A stretch of DNA of 24,330 bases, from positions 1 through 24,330 of the IMG/VR virus record IMGVR_UViG_3300026196_000025; one strand, written 5' to 3'. The position numbers were made by a program, and so were the translations under genes. The stretch is from a virus (lineage: Duplodnaviria; Caudoviricetes). A model generated the notes under the pieces. The model had not been told where the DNA came from. It worked only from the letters and a program-made list of their open reading frames with translations, and searched no databases. Positions 7,897 through 16,336 of this stretch are shown one piece after another (within the stretch, counting starts at the first letter, position 1; each line of letters opens with the position of its first letter).

Positions 7897-8023
7897 TATC
7901 CGGCTTGCGCATCATTGGGCGTTAGCGTTTTCCTTATCATTAACGGGCATCTCTGATTCTCTGCGCTTCCATGCATGGGATTTTCGCGCACCTTTACCCG
8001 CTGAACACCAAGCAGTTCATCCT

Positions 8024-10207
8024 TTGAAGCTGCTCGGACTCAGTATCACCCGCGCCTCCAATAAGGAGGAGAGCCAGCTTGTGTCGCGCCCCGCCAACGG
8101 GCAAGGCCAATACTCCAACATTTTCAACAGTCTCAAAGCACGCACCGTCGCCCCCGGCCTCTATGAAGCGCTGCGCGAAGCAATCCCTGTGCTCGATGCC
8201 GCCATTGATCGAACCATCACCGTGGATGGCACGCCGGTCATTGTCGGAGAGGACGAGAAGATCGTCGCCTCCGCCACGGAGTGGGCGGAAAATGTGACGG
8301 TCAACGATATTCAGCGCGGCCTCTCTGCCTTCTCCATGTCGCTGCGCAATGAAGTTCATGAGCAGGGTTGCGGCATTGGTGAGTATATCTTTTCCGATGA
8401 TGGCAGAGATATCGACCGCCTGCGCGTGGCCGATTCAAAAGGCATCGCCTTCAGCCTCGACGACTCTGGAACACTGAACTGGTGGTATAACCCCAGCACC
8501 CCGCTTCGCCACCGCATCCACAACACAGGCAAGGAGAGCGTCGAAGCACTCCTGCAGGATCGTACCAGCGCCAACATTTCCTCTACAGTTTTAAGAAACA
8601 GCAACGCCTCATATCAGCAGCTTGACCCGATCAACAAGGTCTATCTGGCCTACCGCACCGAGAATGCCGACCCCTACGGCGTGTCGATGTTCCGCTCCAT
8701 GCCTTTCGTTGCCAAGATTCTACTGACCATCCAGAACAGCATCGGCAACACCTTTGAACGCTTCGGCGATCCATCCTACCACGTCAGCTACAAAGCGGCC
8801 GGTCGTGTGAGCAGCGACGTGCTCGAAGAGCGCCGCACCAAGATTGCAACGGACTTTCTCTCGGCCATCACCAGTAAACGCACTGGCCAATCCGCCGATT
8901 TCGTCACCGCCGTCGATAAAGACAGCGACATGAAGGTGGAGATCATCGGCGCCAGCGGCCAGACCCTTGAGGTTGAGATGCCCGCCCGTCATGTGCTGGA
9001 GCAGATTGTTGCCAAGTCAGGGCTGCCTGCATGGATGCTCGGGCTCCACTTCTCCACTGCCGAACGCCTGGCCAAGTTTCAAAGTGAGATGCTTCGGCAG
9101 GAGAGCGACACCCGCACCGAGATCGAACGCCTTGAACTTGATCGGATTGTTGCCGCCATGCTGCGTGCCCGTGGCTTCACCTGGTCAAACGAAACGATTG
9201 AGGTCGAGCGTAACGGCCATAAAAAGCGGGTGCGCAAGGCATGGCGCGTCGAGTTCATTAAACCGAACCTGTCGGACATGGAGGCACAGGCACGGGCCAA
9301 CTTCATGAATGCACAGGCTGAGGCGGTTCGTGCAGGAGCAGGCACCGCGCCTGTAGCGATCGAGAGTCAGACATCTGATGGAGCAAAGGCCACGATGAAC
9401 TTCCCTGCCATGCTTCCTCGCTCATTCATGGTCAACACTGTCAAAAACCTAGAGACCCGCCCTCTCGAAAATCCGGCGCTGGACAAGATCGAGAGTGATG
9501 CGTTGTCAGCAATCTCTGACGAATGGAATGAAACGACACTCTATCTTGTCCGGGCGCTGGGTCTCGAATCAGCACCGGAACAGAACGCGATGACCAGTGA
9601 CGGCTTCACCTTCACCTCCGCAGACAAGCAGCTCATCTCGGCCGAGCTGGCCGCCTTTGTCACCACCATGATGGAAAATGACGGGCTGGCACAAGGCGCA
9701 TTGACGCAGGCCTATGTCCGCGCATGGGCACAGGGCGTCATTGATGGCTATAGCCGCAGCAACCTTACCGAACCGGCCGGCGAGCTCTCCAATGCCGCCG
9801 CTGTTGAGAAGCTTCTGCAATCCTCAAAGGCATCATTCGCCACCTTTATCGATAACAAGTTGACCGGCCGCATCCACCGCATCCTCGAAGCTGGCGCCGC
9901 TGCCGGTGAGAACCCGATCAATATCGCCGCCAACCTCAAGCGCGAGCTGGGTGGCGCATCATGGAAGTGGGAGCAGATCGCCCGCTCCGAGATCGCCATG
10001 GCGTGGGACGATGGCAAGCGCGGCGAATGGTTTGCCGAGATCGCCGACGATCTCATTGATGATCTGTTCGATTTTATTCCGGCACCCGATGGTTGCCCGC
10101 AATGCCAATCCCAAGCCGTGGGCAATCCACGCACCCTCGAAAAAACCCCAAGGCCGGTGATCAACACCCATCCATCATGCCGATGCGATGTTGCGCCGCA
10201 CATTTAG
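8024..10207 (+). CDS. Portal protein (Mu gp29/DUF935-like) fused to a MuF/SPP1 gp7-like minor head domain
   Basis: Portal motif DPYGVSMFRS...FERFGDP; C-terminal IARSEIAMA...CPQC...HPSCRC of MuF. Start uncertain: TTG 8024 without SD, or GTG 8081 after TAAGGAGG. Confidence 0.82.
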   Translation: MKLLGLSITRASNKEESQLVSRPANGQGQYSNIFNSLKARTVAPGLYEALREAIPVLDAAIDRTITVDGTPVIVGEDEKIVASATEWAENVTVNDIQRGLSAFSMSLRNEVHEQGCGIGEYIFSDDGRDIDRLRVADSKGIAFSLDDSGTLNWWYNPSTPLRHRIHNTGKESVEALLQDRTSANISSTVLRNSNASYQQLDPINKVYLAYRTENADPYGVSMFRSMPFVAKILLTIQNSIGNTFERFGDPSYHVSYKAAGRVSSDVLEERRTKIATDFLSAITSKRTGQSADFVTAVDKDSDMKVEIIGASGQTLEVEMPARHVLEQIVAKSGLPAWMLGLHFSTAERLAKFQSEMLRQESDTRTEIERLELDRIVAAMLRARGFTWSNETIEVERNGHKKRVRKAWRVEFIKPNLSDMEAQARANFMNAQAEAVRAGAGTAPVAIESQTSDGAKATMNFPAMLPRSFMVNTVKNLETRPLENPALDKIESDALSAISDEWNETTLYLVRALGLESAPEQNAMTSDGFTFTSADKQLISAELAAFVTTMMENDGLAQGALTQAYVRAWAQGVIDGYSRSNLTEPAGELSNAAAVEKLLQSSKASFATFIDNKLTGRIHRILEAGAAAGENPINIAANLKRELGGASWKWEQIARSEIAMAWDDGKRGEWFAEIADDLIDDLFDFIPAPDGCPQCQSQAVGNPRTLEKTPRPVINTHPSCRCDVAPHI

Positions 10208-10216
10208 GAGTAAGTC

Positions 10217-10675
10217 ATGAACGATGAAGTGAAGAACGAAGAGAACACCAACGAAGAGGCAGCAGCCTCAACCGAAACAGGTTCTACAGATGTTTCTGAA
10301 CCCGAGACCGGCACCAGCGAAGAGCAGAGCAATGATGCAGATGCCGAAGCTCGCACAGAGCTTCTAAAGTCGCTGGATGGCAACGTGAAGCAGGTGACCA
10401 AAGCCCTTAAAGGTAAGACACCTGAACAGCTGCAAGTGCTTCTACAGGCAGAGCAGGATGGCAAGACTCGCTCCGGTGTAGTTGATGCGATCAACGCCAT
10501 TCTTAACCCCGATGCTCCGAAAGAAGCAGCACCGGCCAAGCCCGCCGCCAAGCGCAGCGTCAAGGATATCGAGAAGGATCTGGAAGAGGCCGAAGCCGGC
10601 CCGACCGATGTCACCAATGCTCGCGTGGTGATGCGCTTGCGTGAAGAGCTCGCCGAAGCGAAGGGCAAGAAGTAA
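10217..10675 (+). CDS. Acidic hypothetical head-region protein
   Basis: AGGAG RBS; D/E-rich low-complexity N-terminus; short helical LQAEQDGKTRSGVVDAI segment. Confidence 0.75.
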   Translation: MNDEVKNEENTNEEAAASTETGSTDVSEPETGTSEEQSNDADAEARTELLKSLDGNVKQVTKALKGKTPEQLQVLLQAEQDGKTRSGVVDAINAILNPDAPKEAAPAKPAAKRSVKDIEKDLEEAEAGPTDVTNARVVMRLREELAEAKGKK

Positions 10676-10678
10676 GTC

Positions 10679-11908
10679 ATGGCAAAAGCAGCCGGAAAGA
10701 ATAAACAGCGTAGCTGGTACAGCATTAAAAATAGTGCTGACGATGTGCCGGAGATTTTCATCTATGATGAGATCGGCGGCTGGGGCATTTGGGCATCAGA
10801 GCTGATTGCACAACTGAACAACATTGATGCTCCACGCATCAGGGTTCGCGTATTCTCTCCTGGCGGCTATGTCGATGAAGGCATTGCCATCTTCAACGCC
10901 TTTCGTAAGCACCCTGCCGCTATCGACATGGAGGTCGATTCACTCGCCGCTTCAATAGCAACTGTGGTTGTTATGGCCGGAGATACCATTCGCATCGCAG
11001 AAAACGCACGTTTTATGATCCACGATCCATGGGGGGGCGCAGTAGGCACCGCTGAAGAGATGCGCAAAGCCGCTGATGTGATGGACATCTACCGTGACTC
11101 TATTGTTGCGACCTACGCCGCGCGCACAGGCATCCAGCGCGACGAGATCGAGTCCATGATGTCGGCAACAACATGGCTCACCGCCGCAGAAACCGTGGAG
11201 ATGGGTTTTGCCGACAGTATTGATTTCATTGCCCGTCAGGATACAGCGCAGAACAGCTTCTCTAATCGCATCATGAACAGCATTAAAAATGTTCCCGAAG
11301 AGTTTCAGGGAATGTTCAAGGCAGGCAAGAGGCCTGATAACCAGATGATCTCACCCGCAATGAAACAAGCGTTAATCGACGGAAAGCCAGCAGAGTTGCT
11401 TATTCCGCTCGATACCACTTCCGTTGGCTCCGGCCAGCGAGATCAAGGGCACAAAAAGGAGGAACCAACCATGTTGGAAAAACTGAAAGCCCAGTTGAAA
11501 GAGGCCGGAGTAAATATTGATGAACTTCAGGCCAAGGCGGACAAGCTCGACGACGTAGTCGCCAAGCTTGAAACCACCAACACCGAGCTGACCCAGCTCA
11601 AGGCCGCCATCGGCGACACATCTGTTGACGATATCAAGGCCGCTCTGGCCGCCCGCCAGAGTGCCCGCGAAGCCGCACTGGACAGCATCGTGTCTGCCCG
11701 CCGCGCTTTGAAGATGACCGGTGACTCGGATGATGATGTCGCAGCCGCGAAAGCGATCTATGCCGGCTTCTCTGATGAGCAGCTTGCTGCCGAGGCCAGC
11801 CAGCTGAAGAAGCTATCTGACGCCAAGGATCAGCTGAAACCTGATGGCACTGCCGATGATTCGGCAGCCAAAGACAAAAACAAATATATCAACGAGGAAG
11901 GAGAGTAA
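10679..11908 (+). CDS. ClpP-type head maturation protease with C-terminal scaffold region
   Basis: IYDEIG, SPGG, AASIA (Ser), MIHDPW (His), TWLTAAE..MGFAD; coiled-coil C-terminus. Confidence 0.92.
   Translation: MAKAAGKNKQRSWYSIKNSADDVPEIFIYDEIGGWGIWASELIAQLNNIDAPRIRVRVFSPGGYVDEGIAIFNAFRKHPAAIDMEVDSLAASIATVVVMAGDTIRIAENARFMIHDPWGGAVGTAEEMRKAADVMDIYRDSIVATYAARTGIQRDEIESMMSATTWLTAAETVEMGFADSIDFIARQDTAQNSFSNRIMNSIKNVPEEFQGMFKAGKRPDNQMISPAMKQALIDGKPAELLIPLDTTSVGSGQRDQGHKKEEPTMLEKLKAQLKEAGVNIDELQAKADKLDDVVAKLETTNTELTQLKAAIGDTSVDDIKAALAARQSAREAALDSIVSARRALKMTGDSDDDVAAAKAIYAGFSDEQLAAEASQLKKLSDAKDQLKPDGTADDSAAKDKNKYINEEGE
11471..11908 (+). CDS. Putative nested in-frame scaffold protein
   Basis: AAGGAGGAACCAACC-ATG internal start in the protease frame; helical Ala/Lys/Glu-rich product. 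Confidence 0.65.
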   Translation: MLEKLKAQLKEAGVNIDELQAKADKLDDVVAKLETTNTELTQLKAAIGDTSVDDIKAALAARQSAREAALDSIVSARRALKMTGDSDDDVAAAKAIYAGFSDEQLAAEASQLKKLSDAKDQLKPDGTADDSAAKDKNKYINEEGE

Positions 11909-11911
11909 ACC

Positions 11912-12259
11912 ATGGCACTTGCAACCGTAACGTCCGGCCTGAACCGGAAAACCATGAAGTTCGCCCATACAGCAGAGCTGTTGGCAACCCAGATCGAACT
12001 ACTGCGCGCTCGCGTGTTGGTGGCATTGAATGCTACCGCCGCTAATGCGGAGAACGTGTTCGTTCACGAAGCCGAGATCGAGGCACCCAAAGAGGCTCCA
12101 CTGGTGATCAGCGCCGGTGACACCCTCTACTGGGACAACACCGCCAAGGTGATGACCAAGACCTCTACGGCCAACACCAAGTGTGGTGTGGCCACTGAAG
12201 ATGCTGCTTCGGCTGCCACTGTGGTGCAGATGCATCTAACCAACGAAGTGAATCTGTAA
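11912..12259 (+). CDS. DUF2190-like capsid cement/decoration protein
   Basis: AGDTLYWDNTAK..TKTSTANTKCGVATEDAASAATVV; position next to the capsid gene. Confidence 0.75.
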   Translation: MALATVTSGLNRKTMKFAHTAELLATQIELLRARVLVALNATAANAENVFVHEAEIEAPKEAPLVISAGDTLYWDNTAKVMTKTSTANTKCGVATEDAASAATVVQMHLTNEVNL

Positions 12260-12274
12260 GGAGGGTTCAGAATC

Positions 12275-13234
12275 ATGAAAAAGTTTAAAGGTAAAATGGG
12301 CATCGATATCGCCGCTGCGGCGCGCGACGGTGCATTCGCAGGCAACGAGGAAGCGTTAAATCTCTTCATCGGTGCCGTCAACAAGCAGTTTAACAAGCTG
12401 CGCAGCCCGTCGATGAGCATCCGCAATGCGTATGATCCGAACCTGGCAGGCCAGCCATCAAAGGTGCTGGTTACCGAGTCTCTCGGCGAGACAGGTCTGC
12501 CTGACTTCGGTTTCCGTCGCCTGTTTGATCATCTTGACATGACAGACTCGGCCGCGCCGACCTTCGATGTGCTGGATGTATCCAACGGCATCACCTTCGC
12601 CCAGATCAAGCCGGGTGAAGAGTCGAAGTCTCGCAAAATCACCACCGCCACCAGCTCTGTTGGTTTCCTTGAATATGCCGCTGGCATGACCATCGAAGAC
12701 AACTGGCTGCGCTTCAACCAGTTCTACAAGATCGACCAGCTGTTCGCATCTGCCGTTCGCAAGTACGCGCACCTTGAAGCGAGCAACCACTACGGTCTGC
12801 TTACTGCACTGGGCGCTGGTATTGATGTCGCTTTCGATACCACAGTTGAGAAGACCATCGACAAGGCTGCTGATGCAATCCTGCAGGCAGTCGGCGACAA
12901 GTTGGGCGTGGATGAGGGTGTTCCAATGAAGATCGTCACCAACAACCGCATCAACGGCGGTGTGGTTGCTAAGGCGCTTGCGGCTCGTTTCGAGAATCCA
13001 AACAACAACAACGGGCAGGTTATGACCGATATCGATGAGATCATCATCTCTCGCAAGGTTGCATCCACCTACGTTGTGTTGCCTGGTCACACCCTGCAGT
13101 CCGCAGAGTGGGAAGCGCTGAATGCCGAAGAGGCACGCAACGCCAAGGTACGTGGTACCGAGTACGACTGGCGCGGCAAGCACAATGCCGTGATCGGTGA
13201 CTCCGGTCAGGTACGCCGGATCGCGCTGGCATAA
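12275..13234 (+). CDS. Major capsid protein (probably HK97 fold)
   Basis: 319 aa, strong AAGGAGG RBS, follows protease/scaffold and decoration genes, followed by a UUCG hairpin; call is mainly by synteny. Confidence 0.8.
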   Translation: MKKFKGKMGIDIAAAARDGAFAGNEEALNLFIGAVNKQFNKLRSPSMSIRNAYDPNLAGQPSKVLVTESLGETGLPDFGFRRLFDHLDMTDSAAPTFDVLDVSNGITFAQIKPGEESKSRKITTATSSVGFLEYAAGMTIEDNWLRFNQFYKIDQLFASAVRKYAHLEASNHYGLLTALGAGIDVAFDTTVEKTIDKAADAILQAVGDKLGVDEGVPMKIVTNNRINGGVVAKALAARFENPNNNNGQVMTDIDEIIISRKVASTYVVLPGHTLQSAEWEALNAEEARNAKVRGTEYDWRGKHNAVIGDSGQVRRIALA

Positions 13235-13246
13235 GAGGGGAGAAAC

Positions 13247-13268
13247 GGAGTGGCCTTCGGGCCGCTCC
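13247..13268 (+). terminator. Stem-loop after capsid gene (terminator or mRNA stabiliser)
   Basis: GGAGTGGCC-TTCG-GGCCGCTCC with a cUUCGg tetraloop; weak U-tail. Confidence 0.65.
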
Positions 13269-13302
13269 TATCCCTGTTAAATAAAATCGAAGGAGAAAAG
13301 CA

Positions 13303-13719
13303 TTGAAAAAATCACTTTTTAATCCGCCACTACTGATCACGCTGTTGCTGTTTGTAGCCGTTGCGATCATGGCATGCACGCCGCAGCCAGCGCTTGCTGG
13401 CGATTGCATCGTCTGTCACTCAACAGGTGACCCGACAGACACCATTTCCATGTCGATGAAAAGCACTGGCGAATCAACACGACTGGCCATGAGTGACACC
13501 GATGAAGGTTTCGGCATGGCATTGGCCGCCACCCAAACGATGGGAGGCCTGCCCTCCATCCGCGACCTTACAAAAACTGTCGCTCTCGATCCTGCTCGCA
13601 AAACATCAGTTGATCGATCTGCGCATATTGGCGCTGGCTCGGAGAACTTTAAGAGCATGTCGAAACACTCAACCGCCGTGGCCATCGCATCCATCGGCCT
13701 ACCAACTCCTGATCACTGA
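13303..13719 (+). CDS. Exported protein with a single CxxCH heme-c motif (putative small c-type cytochrome)
   Basis: AGGAG RBS + TTG; MKK, hydrophobic core, then lipobox-like IMAC or SPase I site ALA; CIVCH at residues 35-39. Confidence 0.65.
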   Translation: MKKSLFNPPLLITLLLFVAVAIMACTPQPALAGDCIVCHSTGDPTDTISMSMKSTGESTRLAMSDTDEGFGMALAATQTMGGLPSIRDLTKTVALDPARKTSVDRSAHIGAGSENFKSMSKHSTAVAIASIGLPTPDH

Positions 13720-13733
13720 CTCATCGGGACAGC

Positions 13734-13755
13734 GTCGCCCGGGCAACCGGGCGGC
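13734..13755 (+). terminator. GC-rich stem-loop with GCAA tetraloop after the CxxCH gene
   Basis: GTCGCCCGG-GCAA-CCGGGCGGC followed by TTCT. Confidence 0.55.
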
Positions 13756-13809
13756 TTCTCAAAGCGCGCCGAGGCCCGTTTCGAGAAGTCAGCACCAAAG
13801 GAGAATGCC

Positions 13810-14070
13810 ATGTCTGCATTGATGAGAGCCAAGATGGAAGTCACTGGAGTGAAAGAGATCCTCGACCATGAAGAAAAGAAGTGTTCCGAGGATGTCTCAT
13901 TCCGCGCCGTAAGCCGCAGTGAAGGCTATCCGGACGACGGTTCCGATGAAAACAACACCTTCGCCAGATTCACGCCAACTGCCGATCTGCAGATGACGAT
14001 CGCCAACCCTGCTCTGTTCGGCTCGCTAAATGTCGGCGATCAGTTCTACGTGGATTTCACGAAGGTATAA
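13810..14070 (+). CDS. Small phage protein of unknown function
   Basis: GGAG RBS; RAKM..FRAV..ENNTF..TP..MTIANP..GDQFYVDF resembles a recurring small phage protein family. Confidence 0.8.
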   Translation: MSALMRAKMEVTGVKEILDHEEKKCSEDVSFRAVSRSEGYPDDGSDENNTFARFTPTADLQMTIANPALFGSLNVGDQFYVDFTKV

Positions 14071-14076
14071 AAGGGC

Positions 14077-14574
14077 ATGCAGCAGATCATTCGCGACATC
14101 ATCCGCCGAGAGGGCGGCTTTGTGGACGACCCGGACGACCGGGGCGGCGCCACAAATCATGGCATCACACAGGCGACGCTCTCCGAGCATCTGGGTCGCC
14201 CTGCTACCCGTGCCGATGTCGAGAACCTCTCCGAGATGACCGCAGCCATGATCTACGAAGAGCGCTACATCAAGGATCCGCACTTCGATCGCATTGAGAA
14301 TGAGCCACTGCGCGGCCTTGTGGTCGATTGTGGTGTCAACCACGGCCCGTCACGCGCCGCCAAGTGGCTGCAGCAGGCTGCGAAGGTAACCGCTGACGGG
14401 AAGATCGGACCGGTCACACTGATCGCAGTTAATCGCGGTGATGCTGGCGAGATCTATCTCGCCGTGCTCTCCCGTCGCATCCGCTTCTACGGTCAGATCA
14501 TCAGCAACGATCACTCACAGGCGAAGTTCGCCGCCGGCTGGCTCAACCGAGCCGCCGAGTTTCTGGAGGTATAG
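14077..14574 (+). CDS. Endolysin, glycoside hydrolase family 108 with C-terminal peptidoglycan-binding domain
   Basis: REGGFVDDPDDRGGATNHGIT; ADGKIGPVT; SQAKFAAGWLNR. Confidence 0.93.
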   Translation: MQQIIRDIIRREGGFVDDPDDRGGATNHGITQATLSEHLGRPATRADVENLSEMTAAMIYEERYIKDPHFDRIENEPLRGLVVDCGVNHGPSRAAKWLQQAAKVTADGKIGPVTLIAVNRGDAGEIYLAVLSRRIRFYGQIISNDHSQAKFAAGWLNRAAEFLEV

Positions 14575-14576
14575 CC

Positions 14577-15155
14577 ATGCCGCTACCGCTTATCGGAATC
14601 GCCGCATCCATCCTCGGCAATGTCGCCCCCACCATTGTCGGCAAGCTGTTTGGGGATGGCGGCGAGAAAATTGCCGAACAGGTGGTCGATTTCGCACAAG
14701 AGGTCACAGGCACCGGCAGCCCTCATGCTGCTCAGATTGCCATCTCCGAAAACCCTGAACTTGCCGCCAAGCTGCAGGAGAAGCTGATCGAGGAGCGGAT
14801 TGTCGATAAGCAGGAGGGCACCAAGCGAATTGTGGCTGTGAACGAGACCATGCGCGCCGAACTCTCCAGCAAAGATCCATACAACAGCCGCTGGCGCGCC
14901 ACCTTCGGCTATATCGTCGCCATCTCATTCGGCGTTCAGATGATTGGTGTCACGATCCTCATTCTCTGGAAGCCCGCAGAGGCCGCCGCCGCCATCAATG
15001 CCATTGCCGGATTAACCATGCTCTGGAACGTGGCTCTGGCCGTTCTCGGCATCACTGTTCACAAGCGCAGCCAGGACAAACAGACCGCCGCCGGATCGAA
15101 GCCATCCAGCCTTCTATCTACCATCGCTTCAAGGATTGGAGGCGGCAATGCCTGA
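14577..15155 (+). CDS. Holin of the 3TM GTA-release type
   Basis: NETMRAELSSKDPYNSRWRATFGY followed by two hydrophobic segments; N-terminal amphipathic segment; GGAGG RBS. Confidence 0.75.
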   Translation: MPLPLIGIAASILGNVAPTIVGKLFGDGGEKIAEQVVDFAQEVTGTGSPHAAQIAISENPELAAKLQEKLIEERIVDKQEGTKRIVAVNETMRAELSSKDPYNSRWRATFGYIVAISFGVQMIGVTILILWKPAEAAAAINAIAGLTMLWNVALAVLGITVHKRSQDKQTAAGSKPSSLLSTIASRIGGGNA

Positions 15156-15453
15156 GAAGGATCCAGCCACCTACTCTCTGATCACCTATATGTGGATGAG
15201 CGCACTGGCGGGCATGGGTGGTTTCGTGAGTTACTACCAGAAGGTGAAGACTGGGCTGGTATCACGCTGGAGCTTCACTGAGCTGATCGGTGAGCTGTTC
15301 ACGTCCGCCTTTTGTGGCGTGATCACCTTCTGGCTTTGCGAGGCTGGCAACTTCGAGCCTCTGATCACAGCCGCTTTTGTCGGCATCGCCGGACACATGG
15401 GATCGCGCGGCCTGTTCGCGATCGAAAACATCATGGTTAAGAGGTTCGGCTGA
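15148..15453 (+). CDS. Phage holin (LydA-like)
   Basis: MPEKDP..GGFVSY..ELIGELFTSAFCG..AAFVGIAGHMGSR; three hydrophobic segments; GGAGG RBS. Confidence 0.8.
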   Translation: MPEKDPATYSLITYMWMSALAGMGGFVSYYQKVKTGLVSRWSFTELIGELFTSAFCGVITFWLCEAGNFEPLITAAFVGIAGHMGSRGLFAIENIMVKRFG

Positions 15454-15905
15454 TGGCCACGAAGAACGGCCCCGACGACCTGCTGGCCGAAGGCTTCAGC
15501 GCCGAGCAGTTCGGTGCTGCCGCCACTGCTGACTGGTCCACGTATGGCCAGGCGCTGCTCGATCGCATCACCGAGACGGTGAAGGAGAGAGCCGGCGCTA
15601 CGCAGTACGCCTCATCCGATCCTGTAGTTGCCATGCATGTGAAGAGTGCAGAGCTCTATCTGGCCTGTGCACAGCTATGCCGGCGTCGTGTCAATCGTAT
15701 CGACAACAGCGCCTCATCCGGCCATGAGGATTCGGCAGTCGCCGCTCTGCTCCGTGAGATTCGTGCCAGCAAGGCGCAGTACGAGGCTGATGCCGAGCGC
15801 GAGTTCGCCGCCATCCCATCGGCAACAGCCGCCTCCGACTCATCCACATCAACGCCCGGCTTCGGCGCGGTGACATCCTCACCGTTCGATAAGAGCGCCA
15901 CCTGA
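15453..15905 (+). CDS. Putative head-tail connector/adaptor
   Basis: TGATG coupling; size and position at the start of the neck module. Confidence 0.55.
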   Translation: MATKNGPDDLLAEGFSAEQFGAAATADWSTYGQALLDRITETVKERAGATQYASSDPVVAMHVKSAELYLACAQLCRRRVNRIDNSASSGHEDSAVAALLREIRASKAQYEADAEREFAAIPSATAASDSSTSTPGFGAVTSSPFDKSAT

Positions 15906-16336
15906 TGCATATCAACGTCAAAGGGCCTGACACCCGCGAGATTGAGGACTACCTGAAAGGGTTGGAGCCAGCTGTCTTTGGCGTTGTCGAAAAAGGCGTG
16001 CGTGGATGGGTGCTGCGCGCGCACCGCGCATCCAAGGCCAACCTTTCAGGCTCAAACAGTGATGCACCTGGTAGCTATCCCGTACCGGTGCGCACCGGCA
16101 ACACCCGCCGCAGCGAGAGCTATATCCTGCCGGGACAATCCAAGCATGGCCTCTCTGCAGGGCCGCTTGAGGGTTTCCTTGTCAATACCGCTGCCGCTGC
16201 CGGTGTTATTCACGAAGGCACCCACACCCAGCGCGCCTTCGGCCCTCGCCCGTTCCAGTCTGATGCTGTTGAGGATACCCGCGACGATGCCATGAATGGA
16301 ATGCTGGTCGGCATCCGCAGGGTGACAGTCCAATGA
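15905..16336 (+). CDS. HK97 gp10-like neck/virion morphogenesis protein
   Basis: PVRTGNTRRS...VIHEGT...PRPF motifs. Confidence 0.7.
   Translation: MHINVKGPDTREIEDYLKGLEPAVFGVVEKGVRGWVLRAHRASKANLSGSNSDAPGSYPVPVRTGNTRRSESYILPGQSKHGLSAGPLEGFLVNTAAAAGVIHEGTHTQRAFGPRPFQSDAVEDTRDDAMNGMLVGIRRVTVQ

Noticed and set aside
7894-7906. GCTTATCCGGC resembling an enterobacterial REP fragment
   Set aside because: Single short match, not repeated, no full REP structure
13303-13719. Unimolecular spanin interpretation of the exported protein
   Set aside because: C-terminal hydrophobic stretch (AVAIASIGL) is too short for a TM anchor and the lipobox is imperfect; not fully excluded
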